A stretch of 63,983 bases of DNA from Phoronis australis (lineage: Eukaryota; Animalia; Phoronida), in contig NMRA01000241.1 in NCBI GenBank assembly GCA_002633005.1, positions 357,974-421,956 on the forward strand, read 5' to 3'. Position numbers and translations under genes: made by a program. The notes beneath the pieces are model-generated. The model was not told the DNA's origin. It was given only the letters and a program-made list of their open reading frames with translations, and searched no databases. Below are positions 26,251 to 39,900 of the stretch, piece after piece; the stretch's first letter is position 1, and every line of letters begins with the position of its first letter.

Positions 26251-27145
26251 TATAAATCCTTTTCATGTTTTCACGAAATGACTGCGAGTTCGGAGAACTA
26301 GCGGACTATGGCTTTCGTCAGCGCAGACATGTTGTTTGGAAGGTGTGCTTCGTAAACCCCCGATATGACGTCAGAGTTTGCACTTGTTTACTTTTTGGTT
26401 TGTTACCATATTGTTAGATTAAAATACATTGGCAGGAAAAGTAGTTGAAAGTTTGCGTTTTCTTAAAAAAGGGAAAAATTCACGTAAGTGAACATGTCAA
26501 ATATCAAGATTACGAATGTGGTTAATTTACAATGAAATCCATTCCATGTTCATGGAGTTACAGGTAGCACGTTGTATGTTACCTGGTCATTGGGTGAAAT
26601 TATGTTCATTAATTTTGACAGTTGGTCTTTGATGAAGGCTAGAGCCCGACACAGGTGAGGGAGAGATATGATATGTATTTCCACGAAAAGCAATTTACGC
26701 GCAACATTTATATTTTAAGCAAGGAGACTGACTATTCATGGGCGGCGCAGCACTGAAAAAAGTGGGGGGCTTGGGGGGGGGGGGCTACGAGCCCCCTGTG
26801 GTTCGCCGTCCATGCTATTGCCCATTCTTAGTTCCTATGTTGCTCTAACATTCGGAGCATTAAAACAAATTAGATAAGGATCAGGATAAGAATAGCTAAT
26901 TATCATGGCTTAGCTTAAGCCAAAGTCAGGATTCGAACTCACGTTTAGCTACAAAATCAATCCTTTGGCTCGCTCGATAATCAACAAAAGGATAGGTATT
27001 ACCTTCACTATCAGCACACTTTGTAATTACAAGTGGTGATATGTAATCCGGATATTATTTATAACACCACTTTCCTAGGGAGGCTCTGAAGTTACAAAAA
27101 ATCTGTAGTGTAACACATTGGCTGTTATTGATTTCCTCTTTTCAG
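26251..27145 (+). promoter_or_regulatory. candidate KCNQ promoter / non-coding first exon and 5'UTR intron
   Basis: TATAAA at 26251, CRE palindrome TGACGTCA at 26366-26373, strong donor C|GTAAGT at 26484, strong acceptor atttcctcttttcag ending at 27145. Inference only. Confidence 0.3.
26737..26814. mobile_element. 78-bp hAT-like MITE with 5-bp TSD
   Basis: TIRs CATGGGCGGCG / CGCCGTCCATG; exact CTATT on both flanks. Confidence 0.8.
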
Positions 27146-27513
27146 GAATATCAAAACCCAAAGTCGGCATAAGTCCTTAATATGGATCAATGTTCGTGAA
27201 GACTGGGATGACGTCATTTTAGTATCTTGTTGATGCTCGTAAAACTTTTTGCTAATTTAGTAAGTCACGAGACTGCATTATCGACATAACATTAGTGGGA
27301 AATCTGGTCTGTTTATCCTGAAAGGAATGCGATAAAAACCTGTAGGGTGCACTGAACCGTTTCAGAAAATCTCCCAAACGAACTTAAATAGCATAACTCA
27401 ACCCTAATAAACATCAAGGGTTTTGACAAATGAGGTTTAGAGTTTCAATGATGCAGTCGTCAACGAAACCAGTATCTCTAAATTTTACAGGTGTCCATTA
27501 CCATCTGGGTATT

Positions 27514-27953
27514 ATGGAAAGCGAACAAGCAGACGACCACCACTCGGAGGATGACAGTTTAACATCTGAACCGCGGTCAGAGGAAAGTACACCGGCATTA
27601 TCAGATCAAGTGACAATATCAATTGAAGCATCATCACCGGTTGAGGACAGAAAAAGATTATCTTTCAAGGAAAGTAGGAAGAAGGTGGATTTTTTTGGAT
27701 TAAGTGGAAGTAAGCTTGAATCACCAGATGAGTCACCACAGCCTGTTGTAAAGTTTGCTATTCCAGTGAACAAAACGAGTAATAAAGCCATGAACAACAG
27801 TCGATACCATCAACCACGAATGTCATTATTAGGGAAACCCATAGATTATAAACCTCGAAAATGGGGAATTCGATACAGGAAACTTCAGGCCAAAATTTAC
27901 AACTTTCTCGAGCGACCGAAGGATTGGATAGAGAATTTTTACCACGTTGCCAC
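27514..27953 (+). CDS. KCNQ: KCNQ coding exon 1 (N-terminus, S0 and start of S1)
   Basis: MESEQADD...[34 protein letters not shown]; donor AC|GTAAGT at 27954 (phase 2). Start is uncertain: attATGG at 27514 has good context, but in-frame ATGs exist from 27430. Confidence 0.88.
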
Positions 27954-30900
27954 GTAAGTATTTCCTGACTGAATGAAGCACGTTGATCAAAGAAAAATAG
28001 AAGTGCTTGCTAATTCAACTGTTCAATGTCGTTGAGTTTCATTGCCATGGTTACTATTTCCGTGTACTTTTTATGTGAGCCGCTTTTATGATTTTCTACT
28101 GACACTAAAAATCCACATGACTAGGTCAGGAGTGTTATAGGGGTTCTCCATAAAACACTGACTTCCAGAAACATTCACTCTCGTAGAACTGGGGCAGAAA
28201 TTCTACGCAGTGGTTAATCATTACTCATAACTTAGTTAAATGGCACTCGAACGGTTAAAAATCATGCAAACGAGGATCAAACTTCTTAGGTTTCTGAGAA
28301 AAGGAAATATGCCATTCCTAGATTTAGCGTTAATTTGAGCGTAAATTTGAGCTTTGGTATATTTTTTCTCGAAGGGAATGAGATTCACATATGGGAAATA
28401 CATTATCAACTCGCAGGTGATATCTTTGATGGGGTCAGTTAGTATTAACTGAATTAACCTAAGTTACTTGAAGCACAAGGCATTTCTCATCGTTGGCACT
28501 ACCCAAAGCGTCCAGGTGCGAAAATGAGGCATCGGACATTTGCGCAATACTACTGAACATTTTAACATCAGGAACACTTTTCCCTTCCGGTGGTCTTTTA
28601 ACCCACGTCTGTGGAAACCCACTGCCTTATCCAAATACAGATTGATTTTCGGAAATCATTGTAACCCACTACGATACTCTTCCTATCTGGGTGCAACACC
28701 GTCATGCCTACAACTTCTTACCTTAAAATATATTGCCATTTGTAAGAACTAGTGCAATTTCTGGTGAGACAAACTGCAGTAAACAGAATATGCGCCAAGA
28801 TAGTAGAAAACTGCAACAGTGTCTTTCACGAGTTGCGATTTCCGTCTGTTTTCAACCTTCACATCGGCCCTACAGTTTAAAGTTGCTGTAGACCCGCCTA
28901 CCACGAAACAATTTTGATTTAGATCACTGACCCCCATGAAATTGGTCTCAGCTTGATTATAAGTCAAAAACAGACGATTTTCGAGCGTAGAATAGACAGT
29001 TCCTTATTGCTTGATGCTTGGCTTTTAAGTTGACTTGACATGGCGTGTTTTTTATTGGAAAAGCATGGCCTTGAGCAATAACGAAGTGTCCGTTCTTTGT
29101 AAGACCAAAATCACTTCCCATATGAGTAAGGAACCAGATGAGTTATAGAACAAGTGGTCAAAATCAAAACTTTCTTTCGGCAGAACGAGGGTTTGTGTGA
29201 CTATTTTAAATAATATCTGAACGCTCGTGTTTTTTTCATTTCGTAAGCTTCAATTTTATCTAATTGGATCAGTTTACATCGTTTTATTTTCAGAGATTAT
29301 TTTTGCGAAGTGGCCTCTGCGTATGTTCACATTTATACGTTGTATTATTCTATGAATACAAGCTAAGCCAGAATATTTCAAGTCATGTTCTCTGGCATCC
29401 GGAACACATCGGGTATTTCCGTAGCCTCAATTTGAAGTTACGAAAATAGTCGAGGTGTTCCGAATGCTTCTCTAGCAACTTTAGCACCGAAGCTCGAACG
29501 ATTATCGTTTCAAATGCTATAAAATCGTGCAGGGATTTTTGCGTATGGATACTTTTGAATCTCAGTCCTTAAGCGAATTGTTAAAAGTCCCTGTGGAGGT
29601 AGTAGCATCAATTCCCCAGACCGGAAGTATAGAACTACTGAGAACGACTGAGGAGAAACGATCCTTACTGTGAAATTTCCAGATCGCTGAAATCCCGTCA
29701 ATTTACTGCTATTAAGATTCCATTACTGTTCTTGCGCCAATGCAAGTTTTGTTTTAGTACCCGAAGTCATTATATTACTGCCCAGGGCGCTTTAATTGGG
29801 AAACTCAAAAATCAGGAAGTGGGCGTCTAGGGTGCGTAGAAACGAAGCTTCTCAGAAGTTGGAAATGGCCGCTTATCCGAAGGGTCAATCGAGTTACCAC
29901 CAACGGATTACACTGACATCAGGCGTGCGTTGTTCTCACTTGAAATACACAGCAATGTCTCACGTGATCTCGCGAAGTCTTGCTTTTTTGCGAGTTTCTA
30001 GCGTTACTGAACAAGAGGCAGACTTCACTCGCAAGAGACAAATAAAACCTCGTCGGATTGCTGAAAATGTAGTAAGGGAGTTAGCGTCTACGTTGGAGTG
30101 ATCGTGCACAGTAGCTTAGAAATGTGACATAGTTTTTTACAAGAAGTTTTTTTTAATTGTCCTATGTTAACATTACATGAGTAATGAGTTACGTATCGTT
30201 GGCCAAATGGATGAACGTCACGCACATAAATTATGTGCGTAAGTTAATTCTTGGTAGGGGCGTAAAGTAATTATTTGGGGCGTAACATAATTATTAGCGG
30301 CATAAAATAATTATCCGTAACGTAAATTCACTTTTTACGGCATGAGGTAATTGTTTGCGGCGTAAATTCACTTTTTACGGCGTAAAGTATTTATTTGCGG
30401 CGTAGAGTAACTTTTTGAGGCATTAAGTAATTGTTTGTGGCGAAAAGTAACTTTTGACGCCGAAAATAAATACTTTACGCCATAAAAAGTGAATTTACGC
30501 CACAAATAATTACTTTGTGCATGTAACAAGAATGTACGTTACGCACTTAATTTAAGTGCGTAACGTTCACTCATTAAGCCAACGATAGTATCGTCACGCG
30601 CTGTTTTTTGCGAATGCTTTATGTTTGGATGCACGCGAGTTCGATAATGTTATAATATGAGCGTGAGTCAAAAGAGCTACTTCATGTCTCCTTCAGTACA
30701 GAACAGGAGAGAGAACGAGGTGCGCTCCGTAAGACCCAAGAATTTCACCAAGAAGCTAGATCACGCAAGACCGTGTAAAATCATGCGTGTGAAACGCGAA
30801 TGTTTTGCGACTGTGCTCGATACATTACTATCGTAACCTAACACAATGTCGGCCATTGAAATAATTGGTCAGTGATGTTGAGATGCTAATTATGGAATAG

Positions 30901-33900
30901 AATTCGCTGTTTCGAACGCGAAGATTTTCGCCGCTTGATCTTTGTGTGTGTCTTGAGTTTATGGAACGCATCCCGAATGGACTAATTAAAGTTGAAAATT
31001 TGGACATTTCGTGGGTGTATGGTTAGCCGGGCATAGGCGTTAACCCAGACGAATACAGTAGTTAATGTCAATCTAAAAAGTTACGCATTTCTTACAGCCC
31101 AGATTCTTATATAGCTGATTTTTTTCTTGTAGTCAAGTGCGCTGTGTTTAAGATATTAATTATACATGAATTGATATTTTTAATTTTTAATTGCAGGTTT
31201 CTGCTTGTGTTAATATGTATTGGTCTCAGTATATTCTCATCAATTCCACGCTACAGGTCTACCAGAAAGCCACTGTTCTTTATGGTATTTATTTATTTTT
31301 TACTCAACACGCTTCACCGCCGAAATAACCATTTTTATAACCAAGTACATGTAGTTTATGTGACGTTTTTCTAATTACCTCCTCTTGTCTCGACTTAGAC
31401 AGAGTGTTTCTTTTCTTTGATTTCTGTATCTGTCAGTCAGACACTAATATTTTTTTTTTTGTCTTTTAAATGCAAAACTGTTCAAAAATTGTCTTTTGAT
31501 TGTATTTCAAGACAACGGGGACAGCTTGCATACCGGGCAACCGTCAAACTTTTCACAAATGGCAAGCATTTATCATATTTTCAGCTTGTAATAATATACA
31601 TTGAGATGTAGACCTACTCGAGTTATAAGGAACTAGCAATGCCTCTGCGAAAGCTTGGATTTTCTGCCGAAGAGCTTTCTAATCTAATTCCTGAACTTAA
31701 TCACAATGTCAAGGTAACCTTCTGCAGTAAAAGGTCACTCGGTGGAAAATCAGAATAAGTTTGCCTAACTGTGTACACTTCAAGATTTGCTGCTGTCGAA
31801 TATTTTTAACTACGTACACGTATTTATGTGTCAGGTCTAGCGAATATAGTAACCAAAGGAGTAACACTGGTGCACAGTCGCTCCAGGTTTTGCAACAAGA
31901 CCACTTGGCAGAAACATTTTTGTGCTCCCACGCATACAAATGTAGAAGCATATTGCCGTCATCTCTGTCCGGGCGTCCGGCATCCGCTGCTATATCTCCT
32001 GAACCGTTTGCAGGATCTTCATGGAATTTGGCAGATGTGTTACTTTGAAACTGTCGGCAAATAAAGACGATTTGATTTTCAGACAAATCTAATCACTAGT
32101 GCACCCCCTACTTGTAGTTTTTTACGTTTGTCTCTGTATTTCTGACCATTTCATTGACTGACGTTTACGAAATTACGCAAGCATTTTTCTTTTGTGATGA
32201 CGACGTCATATTCTCAATTTCGAGCAGATTCAACAGAGTCTGTACCCCCAGTGCCCATTTTTATTGTATACGAGTTTGTTTTGGCTTCCGTCTCTCTATT
32301 GACACATGCATACGTATTGAAGACTGCACGAATAACCTTGATTTCTGACGGGTTGGATACTGTGACGACCTTTAACGGCATTTCTTCTCTACCTCGAGAT
32401 GTACCAAGTGAACTTAAAATTTAGTCTACATGTTCCAGTTGAGAAGAGCGTGGCTTGTACTGACTTCGGGGCGAATCCGACTGCTGGGGTGTCTACTGGT
32501 GTCAATTTAGGTTGTATTTATGCATGCTTCATTATCTACCAAGATCCCTGAAATTGGCAAAGGATTTGTTATGAAGGAGACGATGGCACCTGCCGAGTTT
32601 CGGATGGAACTGACTTATTTTGCTCCCTCTGTTAACTATTTTTGCGGGTCTTTTTGGCTTCCGCCTCCCTATTCGCCAAACCACGAATCATCATGAAAAT
32701 TGGCAGATGTGTTCATAATAAAGAGAGAATCATATGGCCGAGTATAGTAATTTTGTGATAGATCTATTGTGGCGTTACCGAATGGCAAATTTAGTTTTCT
32801 GTGTGTTTGCAACATATCTATCAAGTTGTTTGACGAATCTTTAAGAAATTTGGCATGTATGATCAAGTTGAGAAGATCACGGCTGTCGTTAATTGTCGGA
32901 CAGTTCCAAGTAAAGTAGCCCTTCGTAGTGACAGTTTTGTTATTTGTACTTCAATACCAACCAAGTTCCTTGGTGGACCTTCATTAACAGCGAGCACTAC
33001 TCGTGTTGATTTTTAGACGGGTCTGACTGCTGTGCCAATTTGTTTTTTCTTTTGTTTGCTTCAATGTCTATCAAGCTCTTTGGTAGTACTTCTTAAAATT
33101 TGGGTTCATACGATTGGTGTTGATTTGTGTAGTTCTGTGACAAATTTGGCGTCCCTGATGACCCCTAGTGGCAATTGGTATTGCGTCTGCTTTGATATCT
33201 ATCAGTTTTTCTCGATAGATCTTAGTCAAATTTGACCTACGTGTTTCTAATGAGTGGAGCACAATTGGTGCACATTTTATAATGGATCTGACTTGGGTGG
33301 AAATATTTTAAAATCGAGGACACCGTTTACCGTTTTCAATGCACGTGGTGGGCGCATACCAGTTAACTGAAAGTAGAGGGCCCGAATTTTCACAACAAAA
33401 CTTGTGTTTTTGATCACGTCACTTGCACAAATTCGACTTTGCAAAGCATGCACCAAATTTTGTGAGCACAATGCCAACGCTCTTCAAACTTGTGCTAACA
33501 CTGCTTTAAGCTTGGTGCCGTGTCCTGGATCAAAACATAGACCACGGAATAACGGTAGGTATAAGGTTAATAAGAATTTATATAGAAGTGTATCTTACAG
33601 GAAATTTTCGTGGTGTTATGGCTGATCACAGAGTATATTCTTCGAATGTGGTCGTCGGGATGTAGATCACGATATCAGGGTATTTCAGGCAGACTGCAGT
33701 TTGCTAAACGACCTCTATGCATTGTTGGTAAGCCAAATTAAATATTTTAAAATTTTTAATAATTTTTTGATATTTCATGAAAATAACCAAATTATTAGAC
33801 GAAATCTGAGATATGATCATCTTAAAAGGAAACGATGCGTAGTTTGCATTACATAGCAAATGAGCTTACATTTGAGTTTTTATATTTCTTGTACTATATC

Positions 33901-36900
33901 TGAAACAGTCTGGCGCATGACATGATACTTAGCTTCTGTTAATTTGTGGGTTATCGGATAATTTTGTGCGACAGTGTAATCTGTTGAGTTTAGAATCGAT
34001 TTTCTATTATTTCCGTAGTATTCCAGTGAGTCGTATTTGTTACCTTCATCAGATTTCAATTCTCCGCACCTTGATCAGTTCATAAATAGTCTGCGCCATA
34101 AATGTTGACCTCATGAGTATACTGAAATTTGCTGTCGTGTACTTATCAATCTTAAAATGTATAATGCTTCATTAATACTGACTACGGTTTTGTGATGTCG
34201 TAGCGTTCACTACCTAAACTGTTGTGGAAAACTGAAAATTGTTAGCCCGAGGGTCTTACCAAGTCACGTGGATTTCATGATGGTAACGGTATTTCTTTGA
34301 TGGGCAACGTGATCTCTACAAACACATATTTTCAGTGTTTTGTGATCATTAACATTAACCCGCATTTCTTTAATATGTTGCCAGTATACGGAATTCGGAT
34401 TTCAGTCATTCTCACACTTTGGTGAACTTAAGATTCTATTTCTGTACATTTTGAAGCTTTTTGAAACAGACACAGAGGTTAGAAGAAACATGAGTTTATA
34501 CCAAAATATTGGTAGTTATGGTCTCCACAAAACTAAGTCTATTATTTCATCGACGTCTCGTCTTTTGCATTTTTTTCAGATATGATAGTTATAGTAGCCA
34601 CAGCGATCCTGGTGGTGATTAGTGCCGCTGCTGGTAACCTTTTTCTTAATGCTCTTCAAGCACTACGGTTCTTTCAAATATTGAGATTAGTCAGGATGGA
34701 CAGACGGGGCAACTCGTGGAAATTGTTGGGATCTGTAATGTGGGCTCACAGAAAGGTAGGACATTATATTAGTATAATAGTATTGCCATTCATTACAAGT
34801 ATGTCTAGCCTTTTACTCAGTCCCCTACCACCGAAAAGTGCGACTCTTTATAAACAAGAAATTCATGTGGCAGCATTGCTCGAGAAACAAATTTTCTGTT
34901 TGTAGTATCAAATTCAACGCGTTTAGTACACGGAGCACAAAGCCAACTAGACATTGATAGGTACACCATGTAATAAATTGTTCTACGGCCGCAGTGACGT
35001 CTTCTCTACAATTTTGTGTAATTTGAGGTGACACCAAAGATCACTGATAGCTTCATTTAACTGCTGGCCAGCTCAGTCATGTGTTTCTTTACCATTTTCT
35101 TGATTTAAATCACGTTCCCACGAGATACAAAAAATTAGAGCGCTAATCTTGTGATATCTGAGAACTAAGGTCAGTTTACTTTCCTTAATTTGCGTGCTGC
35201 GTACGTCTGGAAAATATAAAGTGTCAAAGTTAAATATGTTTGATAATAGAAAAAGCAAATGAAGTTCGTGATAGAAACTGCAGTGCGTAGTGAGTCTGCG
35301 GAATATTCTGTCTTACCTGACAGGAAGTACAAACCCATGTTCTTGGTAGAGTTGTAGTAACCAGGGCAAAACTGGGGTATCTTAGCAACAAAAAGGAGGC
35401 TTCAGGAATACGGCTAAATCTATCACTTGCCTCAAGTGAATTACCCGACAACAGGTGGACTTTAAATCTGTTTTCGCTACCTTTTCTCCCAGGAGTTACT
35501 GACTTCCTTATACATGGGCCTGATCGGTCTTTTACTGTCTTCATTCCTGTTACATCTTGCTGAGAAGGACAGCAACATAAAGTTTGCCACACTGGCAGAT
35601 TCACTCTGGTGGGGCGTGGTAAGAACTTTTTAATTTTAATTTCAAATTTTAATATGGAAATGCTAATCTTTGTAACATACCAAAATTGCTTTAATTGCAC
35701 CGTACAATCGCGTAACAGACATGTTGGTTTTAATTGATTTTAAGGCAGCAGGCATAAATCATATAGTGTGCGTCAACGTAAGATTTGATTGAGATAGGAT
35801 GTCTTTGTATTTCAGAAACTCAATTCATGCCAAGGTTCATGAGTTTTTTAGCGGGGTTGTTATTCCATGGGCCTACTGCTAATTCATGCACAAACAATTT
35901 TGAATTTGTTTTTGAGATTATTGGTGAATGCTAAAAAGATGTATTAACATCGACTTATTTTAGATAACTCTTTGCACTGTTGGCTACGGTGACACGGTGC
36001 CGTTGACATGGCCGGGGAAGTTGATAACAGGAATCTCGGCGATCTGTTGCATCTCCTTCTTTGCTTTACCAGCAGTGAGTATCCAAATGAAGCAAAAATC
36101 TCGCGAAAACTCGAGCTCACTCAAGATTTCGCTATGCATTTCTAGCCTCAATCGCATGATCGCATTAGCTCTTTATTCGCGAAAGTCTTCCGTCTACGAA
36201 AGGCAACCTGGATCTTCGGTACATACAACACACTGCTGTTTTGCCCTTAGACATTTTTTGAAAGCCTTAAATAAAATCAGTGATTTAGTCGTCATTTCTC
36301 CGTCATACATTTAGTCACTTTTCAAGAGAGCAGTTAGGCATTACCAAAGAGTATGAGCCAACTCCTCCCCTCTATAATAGTTGTCCTTTTTACACCTATG
36401 CCCCATAGAAGCAATGTCGAGATTGGATAAATTTGGTATTTGTTTGACTTAGTGCACTTGTTAGTTTTGTCCTGATTATGCACATGTATTTGCCCAATCA
36501 TGCACTTCGATGTCCCCCGGATCGATACACTGAGATAAGTTTTAAAAATGGTACATGGTGTGGTTTTGTGCGGAATGCGAAGCATTAACTTGACTTGGAC
36601 AGGAAATTGATGTTCACATATGTGAACAACCTTTAATCCTCATCGGAAAATGTCGCGTAGTAGGAATAGGATGAGTACCAAAATGTCTAAACTATTACAA
36701 GGTTAAGAACATTGTTGACACCTAATTTTTCAAGAGTTGTTGCTAATTCGTCTCGCGCTTGACAATCCCTTCAAAGAATGCAACCGATTTGTTATTTATT
36801 GCCTCGATTGTCAGGGACACGTCCGATGACACCGTTAAAAGGCCTCCGTTTACTGATGCAGTGGTTTAGCTTGTTTTGCCCCAGTGCACTGTTCACGGCC

Positions 36901-39900
36901 ATATCCGGTACAGACTGTTAACTGGCTTGGAGCTGGATACTATTACAAGTTGGTGCTTGGTTGTATGCGTGGCTCAACGAGACATATAGGGCTGAAAGCG
37001 TAGGCCTATTTCAGCGTATGGTTAGGATTAACAAAGTTATGAAACTTAAGTGTCTTGGCCTTTTTGATTGGAATTAGACCATTTATAGGAGGCGCAATAT
37101 GTGGTGTATTTCCAGGGAATACTCGGTTCCGGTTTTGCCCTGAAGGTGCAGCAGGAACAAAGACAGAAACACCAAATACGCAGAAGAGTCCCGGCCGCCA
37201 TCCTCATTCAGTCTCTGTGGAAGTGCTATGCAGCAGACGAAAACTCTATTTCTCAGGCCACATGGAAACCGCACATGAAGCCGTGCCCAAGTCCAACAAT
37301 GTAAATAACAAATTAAAGAAATATCCCAACGACGTTACAATCGAAGACTTTTAGCGTTTTATGAAATTTCCTTTTATTAGTCCTTCTTTGGAGTTGTTTG
37401 GTCGATTTACATCAAGTTTGTCCTTGTCATTTATACTTATATTATTGTTTTGTTGGAAATCACCTATACTCTTAACTGGTATTTAATGTCAAGATTGTTA
37501 AAAACAGGCTTCACTCCCTTTTGCAGTGAAAGCAGTCGACTAAAACACCAACCGTCGTTCGTCAGTCGTTTTTCGTCTCGCAGAGGTAAAGACAAAGACA
37601 AAAATATTATGTGTAACGGGCACCCGGGACCAGGGTCGCCCAGTTCTGGACGGACGAGGAAAGACGGCGCTGTTGCAATTCCAATGTCTGACAGCATGGA
37701 TTTGTTTAACAAGTAAGTTCTGAGTTCAGGCCATTTAGCTGGCATGTTGAAACTAGACCATTACACTTTTATTGCAAACTAGTCGCGAACAGGTTTCCAC
37801 ACAGCCCTTACTGAAGTTGTATATCTGCATCAGTATCTGACAATAAAGAGCTGGGCACACTTTCACGTAACATTTGTTACGTGAAATAAACCTGTTCTCC
37901 CTATCCTCCATATTTAGCAAGAAACTAGCGAAATTCAAAGTCTTTTGTCTTGTAGATTTTAATTTTTGATACCAAAACCTATTTGATAGCGTAAGGACCT
38001 GCATGTCTACACAATCCTATTATAGTCTTATTCCATTTGTAACGGCTTAGTGTAGGACAGTCGGCGAAGTGTACAGACAGTGGTCCAAAGTTGTATACAG
38101 CTTCCCAGTTGATCAAAAATGTGAACAAAATCGGGCAAGTTCCATTTCAGCCTACATATCGTATACGACGTTTTAGCTCGAAAAGTCAAGTCGGAACACT
38201 TGTCTACACGTCTACCATTAGTCATATAGGACATTCGATTACAAATTCGTACCCGAAAAATTGGAGTGCTTAGATTGCAAAACTATTGGTCAAAATCTTG
38301 ATGTGTTGTTGCCATGTCAAGCCCAGTCTTACATAAGCTTTTATGCATATTGAATATTTCTGTAACAATTCTCACTAAAGTTTGTGCTCTGTTAAAAGCA
38401 TATGCCTGGAAAATATTGACAACACCAAACGATATTCGCTCACTAAATTCTCCTCCCGGTCTCCCCAGTCCCATGATTCGGCCTATCGGCAACCAGTCAC
38501 ATTGTCTACTACAAACCCGAACAACACCTGCACGAAACCACGGCTTCATTAGCTGTTGAAACGCCACGTCATGCGTTCGAACCTAAAACAATATGCATAA
38601 GCTGAAAAGTCATTTGCACAAAAATCAAATTATTCCTACTAATTACTTGCCATCGGTTTTATTCTAAAATAGGCAACAATATCCACAAATTCCGTGTATG
38701 TTCCCGGACACCAAGCACCTCCCCATAAACAGCTCCAGTCATTGACGTTGAGTCAAAAATACCTGATCACACGCAATTTTGGTAATTGCTATTTTTTTGA
38801 AATTAAAAAAAATATTTTGTGCTAGTGTTAACTGATGTCATTTAAAGCTATGCCAATTATGAGGTTTTGCAACTTTAACCTAATCCCACCATTGTTAAGT
38901 TTCGGTAAATTGTAAATTGTAAGTTTAACTACTTCACTAGTGCAATGGTTGAAATACTTCAATCCTGCTCACCAATTCCTCAATCTTTCTTAGCGTTTTT
39001 AGCAGAACTTGGTAAGCTATACCCACCAAATTATTATTTTACCCTCTGTTACTTTTATCCATTGATTCATCCAAGAAATGAAAATACAGCTGGTCAACTG
39101 CCGAATTTTTGGCAAGAGCTTAGCAGACAAAAATTAATAGTTCAATGTCAAGTGCACCAACTTGCTGCGTGTGTTGTGAGCGCATGTCTACAACCACTAA
39201 CCACTCTGTCGTTTCTGGTGACGTATTGCACACATATTCGCCATTTTATGACATTGTCCGCTGGAGCAAATCACTCAAACAGAATATAATGCTGAATCAA
39301 ACGGAACTGCAAACTAACTCTCATCGTATACAGCAGAACGAAGAGAAAACTTCACCATCCTGCACAAAACGCTTACATTACATTTCAAAAATACAGTGAA
39401 ACATGTAAGAGAGGAAAAAAATTGGAGAATGTCAACTACAAGTGCGTGCTAGATTAGCCCTTTGGGGTACGCCCAAAGCATTTTTGTTTAGGGCCCCATT
39501 TTTTAAAAATTTTATATACCATCTTCGAAAAAGTATACACAGATTTTACAGAGCAAGTTGATGAAGATTTTTAAAATCAAGACACCAACTTTTCTGCAGT
39601 GCAAAACTGTATTATTTCCAGGGACCCTTCTCTGGCAAGTGATAATGGGGTCATCTGTTGCTATGTGGTGGACGACGGAGGGGGCGGGGGGAAGGTTGTT
39701 CACATTTGTTTCGCCTCCAACCCCCACTGAAGCAAACTTTGCCGCGCCTAAGGGCTTGTCTCTCCCGCCTGTACAGGCTGCATAACTTGCAAGAAACCTG
39801 TTGAGTTTTGATTTATTGTTTCATCTTTATCCTCCCCTCCAGTTCTTTTAGTCTAAGAGAATATCGCATTTTTTCTCAGACTCTAATACACAACGACATT

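Noticed and set aside
30256-30520. CRISPR-like periodic array
   Set aside because: Contiguous 20-mers without unique spacers, inside a TIR element, in a eukaryotic intron, with no cas genes.
35230-35700. 156-aa minus-strand ORF
   Set aside because: Antisense to KCNQ exon 5; no domain.
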